55,558 nt of DNA from Candidatus Omnitrophota bacterium. GTDB taxonomy: Bacteria > Omnitrophota > Gorgyraeia > JABMRG01. The notes under the pieces are model-generated. The model searched no databases. It had not been told where the DNA came from and worked only from the letters and a program-made list of their open reading frames with translations. A program made the translations under genes and the position numbers. How positions within the stretch are numbered: the stretch's first letter is position 1; every line of letters begins with the position of its first letter. The stretch lies in NCBI GenBank assembly GCA_043823785.1, contig JBDRAM010000132.1:1-55558 (forward strand). Reading direction: 5' to 3'. Below, piece after piece: positions 1-10,285 of the stretch.

Positions 1-1
1 T

Positions 2-658
2 ATGAAAAAAAAGATAGTTATATGGGGTGCTTCAGGGCATGCCCTGGTAGTGTCCGATATAATCCGCCTGCGGGGCGAATACGAGATAGCGGGGTTTCTG
101 GATAATTTAAATCCAGGGCGCCATAAGAGCGAATTCTGCGGCTCAACCATTTTAGGAGGGCCTGAAGAGCTGGATGATTTCAAAAAGAAGGGTATCAGCT
201 ATATTATATTCGGTTTTGGCGATAATAATGCGAGGATTAGGCTGTCCAGGGTTGCTAAAGAAAAAGGGATGAAACTTGCTGCCGCCATACACCCCAAAGC
301 GGTAATTGCCGGAGATGTTTTAATAGGATGCGGGTCTGTTGTGTGCGCCGGGACGGTTGTTAACCCGGGGTCTAGTATCGGTGAGAACACTATTATTAAT
401 ACATCTGCCAGTATTGACCACGAGTGCTCTATAGGCGAAGGTGCGCACATAGGCCCTGGGGTCTGCCTTGGAGGAAAGGTAAAGATAGGAAAGGCCGCAT
501 GGATCTGCATCGGGTCAACTGTAAAAGATGGCATAAGCGTCGGAGCGGGTTCTATGATCGGCGCAGGCTCTCTGGTGCTCGATGATATTCCTTCAGGAGT
601 GATCGCGTATGGAGCTCCTGCAAAGGTAGTAAAGGAGGTAGAAGCAGATGCCGATTAA
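2..658 (+). CDS. Hexapeptide-repeat sugar acetyltransferase (NeuD/PglD-like)
   Basis: 218-aa ORF. N-terminal Rossmann-like KIVIWGASGHALVV is followed by left-handed beta-helix hexapeptide repeats (IGCGSVV, IGENTII, IGEGAHIGPG, IGAGSLV). It overlaps the downstream aminotransferase gene by 11 nt. Confidence 0.8.
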   Translation: MKKKIVIWGASGHALVVSDIIRLRGEYEIAGFLDNLNPGRHKSEFCGSTILGGPEELDDFKKKGISYIIFGFGDNNARIRLSRVAKEKGMKLAAAIHPKAVIAGDVLIGCGSVVCAGTVVNPGSSIGENTIINTSASIDHECSIGEGAHIGPGVCLGGKVKIGKAAWICIGSTVKDGISVGAGSMIGAGSLVLDDIPSGVIAYGAPAKVVKEVEADAD

Positions 659-1859
659 AAATAGCTTGGGCGAGCTGGCTGTTTTCGGTGGAAACCCTAT
701 TTTTGAGAAAAAACTCTATGTCGGCTGCCCCAACATTGGTGACCGGAAACGTTTTTTAGAAAGGGTAGAAGATATCTTAGAGAAAAGGTTATTAACAAAC
801 AACGGCCCCTATGTTCAGGAACTCGAGCAACGGTTGGCAGGGTTGGCTGGGGTTAAGCATTGCATAGCAACATGCAATGGTACCATAGCTCTTGAGATAG
901 CTATAAGGGCGCTTGATCTTTCCGGAGAGGTGATAGTTCCTTCCATGACATTTATTGCCACTGCTCATGCCCTGGAGTGGCAGGGGATCACGCCTGTCTT
1001 TTGCGATATTGACAGAAATACCTATAACCTTGATCCGGAAAAAATAGGGGAGCTGATTAGCCCAAGTACCACAGGTATCCTGGGGGTTCATCTTTGGGGC
1101 CGGCCATGCAACATCGACGGCCTTTTAGAAATTGCAGAAGAGCGCGGCCTCAAGCTTCTGTTTGATGCGTCGCACGCGTTTGGCTGCACATATAAAGGCA
1201 GCGCGATCGGGATGTTTGGAGACGCGGAAGTCTTTAGTTTTCACGCTACCAAATTTGTTAATACGCTTGAAGGCGGCGCGATCGCAACTAACAGCGATGA
1301 ACTTGCTAAAAAAATCCGGTTGATGAAAAACTTTGGTTTTTCCGGTTATGATAACGTTATCTATATAGGAACAAACGGGAAAATGAATGAGATATCAGCG
1401 GCCATGGGGCTAACTTCCCTTGAGAAGTTAGAAGAGTTTGTCGCGGTAAATCGCCGGAATTATCAACTATATGAGAATGGCCTGAGAGATATTCCGGGGG
1501 TGAGGCTTATGAAGTACGATGAGAACGAGAGATCCAATTACCAGTATATAGTAACAAGTATAGATAAAAAAATAACTAATATCGGCAGAGATGAGATTGT
1601 CAAAGTCTTGTGGGGTGAGAACGTATTGGCGCGGCGCTATTTCTACCCCGGCTGCCATCGTATGGAACCCTATCGTTCGCAGAATAGAAACTCCGGATTA
1701 ATACTGGCTGCGACAGATGAGGCCGCGGCGAGCACGATGCAGCTGCCCACAGGCACCTCGGTTGTAGAGGGAGATATCTCAAAAATATGCCAGATAATAA
1801 GATTTACAATTGCTAACGGCCCGGACGTAAGCAGGATGCTAGCGAAGGCGCGGGAATGA
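648..1859 (+). CDS. DegT/DnrJ/EryC1/StrS-family PLP-dependent sugar aminotransferase
   Basis: 403-aa ORF with family-typical blocks CIATCNGTIALEIA and FDASHAFG, and the PLP-lysine block SFHATKFVNTLEGGAI. Confidence 0.85.
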   Translation: MPIKNSLGELAVFGGNPIFEKKLYVGCPNIGDRKRFLERVEDILEKRLLTNNGPYVQELEQRLAGLAGVKHCIATCNGTIALEIAIRALDLSGEVIVPSMTFIATAHALEWQGITPVFCDIDRNTYNLDPEKIGELISPSTTGILGVHLWGRPCNIDGLLEIAEERGLKLLFDASHAFGCTYKGSAIGMFGDAEVFSFHATKFVNTLEGGAIATNSDELAKKIRLMKNFGFSGYDNVIYIGTNGKMNEISAAMGLTSLEKLEEFVAVNRRNYQLYENGLRDIPGVRLMKYDENERSNYQYIVTSIDKKITNIGRDEIVKVLWGENVLARRYFYPGCHRMEPYRSQNRNSGLILAATDEAAASTMQLPTGTSVVEGDISKICQIIRFTIANGPDVSRMLAKARE

Positions 1860-1897
1860 TTTTTTTAATTGCCTCCGCCAGCGCTTAGGACAAATAT

Positions 1898-2905
1898 ATG
1901 GAAAAAACTCATGAGCCTTTAGTCAGCTTTGTAGTTCTATGCTATAACCATGCCCTTTATATAAGGGACTGCATAGGCAGTATTCTAGATCAGGAAGGTA
2001 GTTATGATTTCGAGATCGTTATAGTCGACGACGCTTCTACGGATGAGAGCGCTGAAATCATACGTTCGTATTCAGACCCCCGTATTCGTTTTATCCTGCA
2101 TGAGAAAAATCTTGGCCATGCCGCTACAGTCAATGACGCGATGGCCAATACCCGCGGAGCTTATATCGCTCGTATAGACGCGGATGACCGCTACCGCCCA
2201 TATTTTCTAAAAGAGACTATGAAAATTTTCAACATGTTTCCCGAAGTCGGGGTTGCCTACGGGGATGCCTCATTAATTAATAAAGAGGGAGAGTTTACAT
2301 GCCAGCGCTGCGACAAAGTCCACGGCGGGAAGGATTTTAAGGGGAATGAATTTGTAAAATTACTCGAATACAATTTTATATGCTCGCCCGCGGTTATTGC
2401 CCGCCGCCAGGCCTGGCGGAGAGCGCTCCCTGCTCCCGGGCACCTGGTATTCCATGACTGGTATTTTACCGTTATGATGGCTCGCAGGCATGAATTTTAT
2501 TATATCAATTCTGTTATAGCAGATTACCGTGTGCACCCTGCTAATCTCCACAGCAAGATAGAAAAAGATAAAAGCTGGGAAGCATCGGTCTTCTCGTTAC
2601 TCAATCTTATTTACAGCCAGGTAGAGGAAGAGGCCGAACTCGAAGAAGAAAAAAATAGGCAGAGGCGGCGTATATACAGCGCGCAGTATTTATCTTTAGC
2701 TGATAAATATTTTGGGGCAGGAATGGGCCCTGACGCGCGGCGCTGTTACCTGAGAGCTATATTGTACAGGCCAAGCTATATATTAAGAATGAGCGTGATT
2801 TGGAGGTTATTAGGCACTCTGATGGGACGAAAAAATTATGAGTCGGTCAAGGCGATGGCCAAAGGCCTGATAGGTGCCTTACGCACGAAAAGCAGGGCTG
2901 GGTAA
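1898..2905 (+). CDS. Glycosyltransferase family 2
   Basis: 335 aa. GT-A signature VSFVVLCYNHALYIRDCIGSILDQ, EIVIVDDASTDES, ARIDADD. Confidence 0.85.
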   Translation: MEKTHEPLVSFVVLCYNHALYIRDCIGSILDQEGSYDFEIVIVDDASTDESAEIIRSYSDPRIRFILHEKNLGHAATVNDAMANTRGAYIARIDADDRYRPYFLKETMKIFNMFPEVGVAYGDASLINKEGEFTCQRCDKVHGGKDFKGNEFVKLLEYNFICSPAVIARRQAWRRALPAPGHLVFHDWYFTVMMARRHEFYYINSVIADYRVHPANLHSKIEKDKSWEASVFSLLNLIYSQVEEEAELEEEKNRQRRRIYSAQYLSLADKYFGAGMGPDARRCYLRAILYRPSYILRMSVIWRLLGTLMGRKNYESVKAMAKGLIGALRTKSRAG

Positions 2906-4080
2906 TGAAGCAGTTGAAGATATATGTTTGCCTTATAAGCGAGGACCAAAATAACCTTTGGCACCAGCATCTTACCAAGACGCTGCTGAAGATGGGCCAT
3001 AAGGTTTTTACTCCTGGGGATGTAGGCCTTCTTGACGCGTGGCGGTTTATCGCCCAAGGCTTTAGCAACCGCCGCCACATGGAACGGACAACAGAAAATA
3101 TTTTAGCGGAGGCGAAGAAGATACACGCGAAAGAAGGGATAGACCTCTTCTTTGCCTATCTATACCCTTTTCAGTTCAGGCCGAGGTTATTTAAGGAGCT
3201 GACTAAATTGGGTATTCCCAGTGTTTACTTTTTCTGCGACAACTTTACCCATAAGGATGTGGCCAGAGAATACGCACCCTACGCGACATTGAACTGGGTG
3301 CCGGAGAGCGAGGCTATTCCACAGTTTAAATCTTCTGGAAGTAAGTACATCTACCTGCCGATGGCGGCAAACCCTGATATTTTTTACCCCGTCGATACGG
3401 AAGAGACAGTGGATATATCTTTTTTAGGCTCTAAGAATCCTTATAGGCGCTACATTTTAGGACGGGCATTGCATGCAGGCCTAAACCTTAGGGTTTATGG
3501 CGGCTTTTGGTGCCCCGATAGCTGCTGCCAGAGCTCTGAGGCGGAGCATAAGGCAAATATCATAGAGCGATGTTTTACGCATGTGAGATTTAAGAAAAAT
3601 TCCATATCCCGTTTTTTGCGTTATGGATTAGGCCCAGTACGGCGCAGCAGGTGGTATAATAGGCTTGGAGAGGAATATGATAAGGTGCTTCAGGGTGTAT
3701 CCAACAGAGAGCCTCTTGATATTGTACAAGCCAACAGCGTTTATAGCTTTAGCGCCGTCAGTATAGGCACTAATGACCTGTTCGATTCGCTGTTAGAAAG
3801 AAAGTTTATTTTTTACACAAAAATGCGTAACTTTGAGGCTGCAATGGCAGGAGCCTGTTTTTTGATGCAGGCTACGCCGGACGGACACGAACTTTTTCAG
3901 GACGGAGAAGAGGTTATGTTCTATTCAACGCCTGAAGAGCTTATCGATAAGGCTAACTTTTTGCTAAGAAACGAGTCAGTTAGAAAAACGCTTAGGCTGG
4001 CAGCGCGAAAGCGAGCTCTTTTGGAGCATACCTGGTCGTGCAGGTTCAAAAAAGTTTTTTCCGCGCTGGAGATTGGCTGA
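2905..4080 (+). CDS. CgeB-like glycosyltransferase (Glyco_trans_1_2-type C-terminal domain)
   Basis: 391 aa. The C-terminal block FEAAMAGACFLMQ...GEEVMFYSTPEELIDKANFLL resembles CgeB-type GT-B domains. TAATG stop/start overlap with the upstream gene. Confidence 0.5.
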   Translation: MKQLKIYVCLISEDQNNLWHQHLTKTLLKMGHKVFTPGDVGLLDAWRFIAQGFSNRRHMERTTENILAEAKKIHAKEGIDLFFAYLYPFQFRPRLFKELTKLGIPSVYFFCDNFTHKDVAREYAPYATLNWVPESEAIPQFKSSGSKYIYLPMAANPDIFYPVDTEETVDISFLGSKNPYRRYILGRALHAGLNLRVYGGFWCPDSCCQSSEAEHKANIIERCFTHVRFKKNSISRFLRYGLGPVRRSRWYNRLGEEYDKVLQGVSNREPLDIVQANSVYSFSAVSIGTNDLFDSLLERKFIFYTKMRNFEAAMAGACFLMQATPDGHELFQDGEEVMFYSTPEELIDKANFLLRNESVRKTLRLAARKRALLEHTWSCRFKKVFSALEIG

Positions 4081-5063
4081 TGAATATTAATCATGATAAG
4101 GGACAGAAGATTTTAGAAAACAGCTATATTAAACCTGACGAGATAATTAACTGCCCTGTCTGTTTTTGCGAGAGCTCTGTTTTGGTTGTTGTCCGCTTTG
4201 ATACCGGGCACATAGTCCGCTGTTTAGAGTGCGGACATATCTACCTTAATCCTACATTAAGCGACAAAGCATTGAAGTGTTATTACGATCAGTATTATCA
4301 GATAGGTGACGTAGGTTCCTTGATGGAGAGGGTAGATAGATGGGTGATGGACCAGGATGGTATTTATCAGTATGTTATTAGTATGATAAAGCGGGATAGC
4401 GGCTTCACCGGCATGAGGATTCTTGATGTAGGCTGTGGTTGCGGCCGCTTCCTGCATGAATGCCGCAAACTTGGCGCGTCTGTAGCCGGGATAGACAAAA
4501 GTCCCCAGGCAGGCTATCTGGCAAAAAAATATTTCGGGTTGGATATAATTACAAAAACTCTTGAAGAATCGGCTCCGGAATTAATCCTGTCGAAAATTCA
4601 GTTTGACGTAATTTCCGCTTTTGAGATTTTGGAACATGTAAAAGAACCTGGAAAATTTTTGGAAAATCTCTATAAACTGCTTAAGCCGGGCGGTTTACTC
4701 TTTTTGACAACCCCTAATTTCTATCTATTTTATCTTATGGGTATATCCGCGCCCGCGGTAAGAGAGTTCCCTGTGCACATAAGCTTTTTTGAACCGGCGA
4801 CGTTAGAAAGACTCCTTACGCGGAAAGGATTTGAAGTAATGAATGTGGTTACTTTAAAACCGATGGGACCAGGGGATAGAGTCAGGCAAAAATTTGCTAA
4901 ATATTTTGTTAATAAGAAGATCTGGCGAAATCGTTTTTTTCGTAGAATATATCTAATAAAGAATAATGTTTTTAATATTTTAAACATGTATAAAGACAAT
5001 GCTGATATTAAGAATTGGAGCGGAGAAGCGCTGATCGGGGTTGCCCGTAAGATAGAACGCTAA
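4080..5063 (+). CDS. Class I SAM-dependent methyltransferase with N-terminal zinc ribbon
   Basis: Start moved to ATG 4080 (overlaps the upstream TGA; the track ORF at 4038 runs inside the previous gene). It has a 4-Cys ribbon CPVCF...CLECG and SAM motif I ILDVGCGCGRFL. Confidence 0.8.
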   Translation: MNINHDKGQKILENSYIKPDEIINCPVCFCESSVLVVVRFDTGHIVRCLECGHIYLNPTLSDKALKCYYDQYYQIGDVGSLMERVDRWVMDQDGIYQYVISMIKRDSGFTGMRILDVGCGCGRFLHECRKLGASVAGIDKSPQAGYLAKKYFGLDIITKTLEESAPELILSKIQFDVISAFEILEHVKEPGKFLENLYKLLKPGGLLFLTTPNFYLFYLMGISAPAVREFPVHISFFEPATLERLLTRKGFEVMNVVTLKPMGPGDRVRQKFAKYFVNKKIWRNRFFRRIYLIKNNVFNILNMYKDNADIKNWSGEALIGVARKIER

Positions 5064-5078
5064 CCGTAACGTATTATT

Positions 5079-6383
5079 ATGAAGATCATTCAAATACCTT
5101 TCTGCTTCTATCCCGACCCCCCGGGCGGCACAGAAGTTTATGTAGAGGCGTTGTCGCGCGCCCTGCGGGATCAGGGCCTGGACATAGTGATCGCAGCTCC
5201 TGCCAAAGAAGAGAGAGTGTATACGTATAATAGATTAAAGGTTATAAGGTTTGCCGTATCAGATGAATTAAGATTAGACCAGCTATACGGTAAAGCAGAT
5301 CCAATGGCCCTGGAGGGGCTTAATAGAATCTTAGATAATGAGAATCCGGACATTCTCCACCTGCATGCGTTTACTCCTTCGACTTCTTCACAGCTCTTTT
5401 CATTAGCTAAGAAAAAAGGAATCAAGGCTTTTTTTACATACCACACGCCGACAGCCAGCTGCCAGCGCGGCACCCTGATGTATCTGGGTAAGGAGGTTTG
5501 CGACGGAAGGCTAAAGGCACGCAGATGCTCAAAATGTAAGCTTCAAGGTTTGGGGCTCAATCTTTTAACAGCTGCTATGATGGGAAGCATCCCGCATTTT
5601 GCGGCAAAGGCTTTAGCGGGTGCCGGTTTAACCGGAGGGGCCTGGACAGCCTTACGAATGAGTGAGCTTGTAAGTTATAACCATGACGCATTTTATAGAT
5701 TATTATCCGAAGCGGACCAGATAGTTGCTGTCTGCGATTGGGCCAAAGCGCTTTTGATCCGTAACGGTGTCTCAAGGGACAAGGTTACGGTTATCAGGCA
5801 GGGGTTGTGCCACGATATACCGGAGAGGGTTAACCTGCCTGAACAAAAGAATTCTGTGCTGAACTTAGCATATTTTGGAAGAATACATCCTACCAAAGGA
5901 ATAGATATTATTATTACTGCGCTAAAGAGGATACCGAAACTTCCGGTAAGATTAGACCTGTATGGCATATTGCAAGGCGATGACGAATATTATAAAGGAT
6001 TATTAACGATGTCTGCGGATGAGCCCCGGATAACTTTTAAAGAGCCGGTTCCCGCAGAGAAGACTATAGAGATATTACAGAATTACGATTTTCTCATAGT
6101 TCCGTCCCAATGGATGGAAACAGGCCCAATGGTTATCTTAGAGGCCTTTGCCGCGGGAGTTCCTGTGATAGCTTCAAGGCTTGGAGGCATAGCTGAGATA
6201 GTATCTGATGAAATTAATGGTATTCTCATTGAGCCCCGCGATTTAAACGCCTGGGCCGGCGCGATAGAACGATGTTTTAATGACAGAACATTACGCAAAA
6301 AGCTGCAGAGAGGTATAGAGAAACCGAAGCCCATGGATTATGTCGCGTCAGAGATGAAGAAGTTATACCTACCCGCTGCCTAA
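5079..6383 (+). CDS. Glycosyltransferase family 4 (GT-B)
   Basis: 434 aa. C-terminal GT4 signature ETGPMVILEAFAAGVPVIASRLGGIAEIVSDEINGIL. Confidence 0.85.
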   Translation: MKIIQIPFCFYPDPPGGTEVYVEALSRALRDQGLDIVIAAPAKEERVYTYNRLKVIRFAVSDELRLDQLYGKADPMALEGLNRILDNENPDILHLHAFTPSTSSQLFSLAKKKGIKAFFTYHTPTASCQRGTLMYLGKEVCDGRLKARRCSKCKLQGLGLNLLTAAMMGSIPHFAAKALAGAGLTGGAWTALRMSELVSYNHDAFYRLLSEADQIVAVCDWAKALLIRNGVSRDKVTVIRQGLCHDIPERVNLPEQKNSVLNLAYFGRIHPTKGIDIIITALKRIPKLPVRLDLYGILQGDDEYYKGLLTMSADEPRITFKEPVPAEKTIEILQNYDFLIVPSQWMETGPMVILEAFAAGVPVIASRLGGIAEIVSDEINGILIEPRDLNAWAGAIERCFNDRTLRKKLQRGIEKPKPMDYVASEMKKLYLPAA

Positions 6384-6399
6384 CGGAGTATATATTATT

Positions 6400-7173
6400 A
6401 TGAAGCTTAGAAAAACCGCTCTGATTGTAAATTTTTTTAGGCCTGCGTACACTGTTTTTTTAAATCTGGCCTTCCCGCGCGGCGTAAAAAGAGTTATAAA
6501 CGGTACTGACGAGGTAATAGTTTCTCCGGAATACAGAAACATGTCGGAGGTATTTGAGGCGGCGGTATGGAGCAGAATAATGGATAAGGCGCGCGAGGGA
6601 GATGTGGTCATTGATGTAGGCGCTTTTATAGGCCTGTATACAGTCTCATTAGCAAAAAAAGTTGGAAATGCCGGCAGGGTTTATGCCTTTGAAATGGACA
6701 AAACAAACCTTGCGGCACTGCAGAAGCATATCAGGCTAAATGGCCTTGGCAATGCGGTGACAATATATGCTGCTGCCGGAGATACGAATAGTTTGTCAGT
6801 ATCTTATGAACCGCATGGCGAAGAATCATATATTGTTTCTTCTGAAATGGCCTGTGAAACAAAGTATAAAAAAATTCAAACCAAAAGTTTGGATAAGACT
6901 TTTTCCGATATTAAAATAGATATCATAAAAATAGATGTCGAGGGATACGAAGAAAAGGTCCTTTTAGGCGCAAGGAGCCTGCTGAGCAGAAAAGATGGCT
7001 ATCCCCGCGCGATCTTTATCGAGACTCATCCTTACATGTGGCATTTTCACAATACCTCCGCCGATAAGATACTGCGCTTACTGGGTGAAGCTGGTTATAG
7101 AGTTGAAGATATAAGAGGGGAACCTGTTGACGATATAAAAAATTATAGTGAAATTATCGCATTGAAGGATTGA
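6400..7173 (+). CDS. FkbM-family methyltransferase
   Basis: 257 aa. SAM motif VVIDVGAFIGLYT and the FkbM block IIKIDVEGYEEKVL. Confidence 0.85.
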   Translation: MKLRKTALIVNFFRPAYTVFLNLAFPRGVKRVINGTDEVIVSPEYRNMSEVFEAAVWSRIMDKAREGDVVIDVGAFIGLYTVSLAKKVGNAGRVYAFEMDKTNLAALQKHIRLNGLGNAVTIYAAAGDTNSLSVSYEPHGEESYIVSSEMACETKYKKIQTKSLDKTFSDIKIDIIKIDVEGYEEKVLLGARSLLSRKDGYPRAIFIETHPYMWHFHNTSADKILRLLGEAGYRVEDIRGEPVDDIKNYSEIIALKD

Positions 7174-7180
7174 AGTAATC

Positions 7181-8356
7181 GTGAGAAAAGATACGAAAAA
7201 AAGAATAGTCTATATCCAATATACCAACCCTACATGTTACCCTCCGCTGGAGCGCAGTTCCAGGATACTAGCAAGTGACGGGTGGGAGGTAGTTTTTCTC
7301 GCGACCAAGGCCTTTGCCGCGAATAACATTAGTTTTTCTTATCACCCGGGGATAAGAATAGAGTATATGAGTTTTTGTAAACCCGGGCCCTGGCAAAAAT
7401 TCCATTATATGAAGTATTGGCTCTGGGTGCTTACAAAGGCTTTGTTGTTAAGGCCCGAATATATATACGCATCTGATATCTGGTCGTGTCCTATCGCGGT
7501 GTCTCTTAGTTTTATGTTCAAAACGAAAATTATTTACCACGAACACGATTCTCCAGCCGATAGCAGAGAAAATATATTTCAGAGATTCTTCTTATTTATG
7601 AGAAAAATCACGGGAAAACGTGCCATCTTTTGTATTTTTCCTAATGCTGGACGGATGGTGAATTTCATGAAGATAGCGAATAGGCACAGCGGCTGCTATT
7701 GTGTATGGAATTGCCCTGGCAGAAAAGAGGTGATGCCCCCAAAGGCAGCAGGAACTACAGGTAAGATAACGTTGCATTATCACGGTAACCTTAGCAGCAG
7801 CAGGTTCCCCTTAGCCGCCATAGAGGCCTTGGCAAGTTTACCGGAATCTGTTTATCTTACGGTTGCAGGTTATGAGACAATAGGCAGCACAGGCTATATA
7901 AACTACATAAAGCAGGTAGCAGAGAGGCTGGATGTGGCTAAGAGGGTCAAATTTTTCGATGCTATGAGCAGAAGCCCGCTTTATGAGTTATGCCATGCCG
8001 CGGATATTGGGTTGTTGGCTGTGCCGGCAGACAGCTCATGCATTAATGAACAGATGCTTATAGGCGCTTCAAATAAAGTTTTTGATTATCTCGCGTGCGG
8101 GCTGGCATTGCTGGTTCCTGATGACCCGGACTGGCGCAAGATGTATATAGAGCCCGGTTATGGCTTAGCTTGCGACACAGAGAATGCGTTGAGCATAGCC
8201 TCTGCCTTACGCTGGTTTTCGGAGCATCCCGAAGAAACGCGGAATATGGGCGAAAAAGGCAGGCAGAAGATTTTAAAAGAGTGGAATTATGAGGAGCAGT
8301 TTGAGCCAGCCAGGAGAATAATAGAAAGAGGCGGAGATGATACCTGTTCAGCTTAA
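7181..8356 (+). CDS. GT-B fold glycosyltransferase (GT4-like)
   Basis: 391 aa with a GTG start. It has a two-Rossmann layout and the C-terminal block NKVFDYLACGLALLVPD. Support is weaker than for the other GT4 calls. Confidence 0.55.
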   Translation: MRKDTKKRIVYIQYTNPTCYPPLERSSRILASDGWEVVFLATKAFAANNISFSYHPGIRIEYMSFCKPGPWQKFHYMKYWLWVLTKALLLRPEYIYASDIWSCPIAVSLSFMFKTKIIYHEHDSPADSRENIFQRFFLFMRKITGKRAIFCIFPNAGRMVNFMKIANRHSGCYCVWNCPGRKEVMPPKAAGTTGKITLHYHGNLSSSRFPLAAIEALASLPESVYLTVAGYETIGSTGYINYIKQVAERLDVAKRVKFFDAMSRSPLYELCHAADIGLLAVPADSSCINEQMLIGASNKVFDYLACGLALLVPDDPDWRKMYIEPGYGLACDTENALSIASALRWFSEHPEETRNMGEKGRQKILKEWNYEEQFEPARRIIERGGDDTCSA

Positions 8357-9206
8357 ACTAAGGCTTTGGACGCAAATTTTTAGAAAACTTCCCAACTTTA
8401 AAGGCAAGACAAGGTTAGCGAATATAATGCTGGGCGGTGAAAGAGATATAAGCGATGTACAGGTAAAAGCATTCGATGGTTCATATTATTTAATACCTTC
8501 ATTGGGAGAATTTCTCGGGCTTAGCCTTTTTGCAACAGGCTGTTATGAAAAAGAGGAAGTAACTTTTATTTTAGATAGGCTGAGGAGCAAGGACGGTTTT
8601 TTTCTTGATATCGGGGCGAACATAGGGCTTTATTCCATTACGGCAGCAAAGGCACTGGCAGAAAACTCCAAGATAGTTGCTGTTGAGGCTTCACCGCGCA
8701 TATTTACTTATCTGGCGCACAATGCTGAGCTGAACAGGTCAAAGGGTGTAAGATTATTGCAGTGCGCTGTTACAGATGAGGACAACTCATGTATCTGTTT
8801 TACAGAACCTCCCGCAACCAGTTTCGCTATGGGTTCTATAACAGATCGTTTTGGCAAAGGTGATAAGGTTTCCGTAGGCACAAAGACCATAGATACGATT
8901 ATAGAGGAAGAGCGCGTGGGCGAGGTCAGCGCTGTCAAAATCGATATCGAAGGATATGAGGCAGCGGCGTTTAAGGGTGCAAAGAAACTCTTGTCCGGAA
9001 AAAACGCGCCTTTGATCTTATTTGAATTTCTTGATTGGGCAGAAAATAACGCGAAAGACACGACTGCGGGAGACGCGCAGAGAATACTAAGAGACGCGGG
9101 CTACGATATATGGAAGTTTAAAGATTATATAGATGGTAAAAAACCTTTAAGCGCAATAGTTAAAGAGGGGAGTTTAAACCTGGTGGCTGTTAAGAATGGA
9201 AACTAA
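8337..9206 (+). CDS. FkbM-family methyltransferase
   Basis: 289 aa. Blocks FFLDIGANIGLYS and AVKIDIEGYEAAAFKGA. Confidence 0.85.
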   Translation: MIPVQLKLRLWTQIFRKLPNFKGKTRLANIMLGGERDISDVQVKAFDGSYYLIPSLGEFLGLSLFATGCYEKEEVTFILDRLRSKDGFFLDIGANIGLYSITAAKALAENSKIVAVEASPRIFTYLAHNAELNRSKGVRLLQCAVTDEDNSCICFTEPPATSFAMGSITDRFGKGDKVSVGTKTIDTIIEEERVGEVSAVKIDIEGYEAAAFKGAKKLLSGKNAPLILFEFLDWAENNAKDTTAGDAQRILRDAGYDIWKFKDYIDGKKPLSAIVKEGSLNLVAVKNGN

Positions 9207-10284
9207 AAGAACAAAAATAGATTCTCCGTTTTTCTCAGTATGTATACCCCAATACAACAGGACTCACTTTTTAATTGAGGCCTGCAAAGTTTTGTCACAG
9301 CAGACCTTTAAGGATTTTGAGGTCTGCATAGCAGACGATAGATCTACAGATAAAAGGGAGCGGGAGCTGATCGATTATCTTGAGGGATCCGGCCTCTCTT
9401 TCTGGTATAAGAAGAACAGGGAAAATCTTAGATATGACGGTAACCTTCGCGCGAGCATATCTATGGCAAGCGGGAAATTCTGTTTTTTGCACGGAAACGA
9501 TGATTGCCTGGCATCGTCCAGTATGCTTGAGGAGCTATCCGAGGCTCTTAAAGGATATGAGGCGGCAGGGGTTGTGATAACAAACTACGAAGACTACAGG
9601 AGCGGTGCTAAGGCCCGCCGCGTGCAGAAAACGCGCCTTGTTGGATCCGGGCCGGAAGTTGCAGCCTCCCATTTTAGAAATCTGTCTTTTGTCAGCGGGG
9701 TTTTGATCGATAGGCCAAAAGCGCAGGCGTATTCTACGGATAGATGGGACGGTTCAGAGATGTACCAGATGTACATGGCCAGCAGGATAGTGGCAGGTGG
9801 CAGCAATCTATTAGAACTTGATATATATACGATCCTAAAAGATATACAGATCCCGAACGAGGCCGTCGATAGCTATGCTACCAAACCAAAGATCAAGGGA
9901 TTTAGTATCGCTGAGAGAAAGATCCCCCTTTCTATGATATGCAGGCTCGTTGCAGACGCCATTAACCCTTATCTTAGAAAAAGAACCGGGCGCAGAATAT
10001 TAGAGTGGGTGGTTTTACAGATCTATCTTTTTACATATCCTTTTTGGATAATAGAATACCGGCGGGTCCAGTCGTGGCCCTATGCCTTAGGCATCTGCAT
10101 AGGAATGAGGCCGGAAAATGTATTTTTGGGCCTGAATATAGGATTATTAAGCACTATAAGGCTTTATTGCCTGTATCTATCTGTTACAATAACAGGGCTT
10201 GTCATGCCTATATCTTTTTTTAAGGCTTTACAATCCAGGCTACATTATATAGCAAAGTCTATGGGCTCAAGGGGTGATAAATAA
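9196..10284 (+). CDS. Glycosyltransferase family 2 with hydrophobic C-terminus
   Basis: 362 aa. GT-A N-terminus FSVCIPQYNRTHFLIEACKVLSQQ...EVCIADDRSTD, with hydrophobic segments near the C-terminus. Confidence 0.7.
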   Translation: METKRTKIDSPFFSVCIPQYNRTHFLIEACKVLSQQTFKDFEVCIADDRSTDKRERELIDYLEGSGLSFWYKKNRENLRYDGNLRASISMASGKFCFLHGNDDCLASSSMLEELSEALKGYEAAGVVITNYEDYRSGAKARRVQKTRLVGSGPEVAASHFRNLSFVSGVLIDRPKAQAYSTDRWDGSEMYQMYMASRIVAGGSNLLELDIYTILKDIQIPNEAVDSYATKPKIKGFSIAERKIPLSMICRLVADAINPYLRKRTGRRILEWVVLQIYLFTYPFWIIEYRRVQSWPYALGICIGMRPENVFLGLNIGLLSTIRLYCLYLSVTITGLVMPISFFKALQSRLHYIAKSMGSRGDK

Positions 10285-10285
10285 T

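Noticed and set aside
4038-4079. The longer N-terminal extensions offered by the ORF track: 4038, 19394, 28846, 35268, 36538, 39299, 40642 and 48929.
   Set aside because: Each extension lies inside the preceding gene or RNA. Each is followed by an in-frame ATG with an ATGA/TGATG overlap or an SD, after which the conserved family N-terminus begins.
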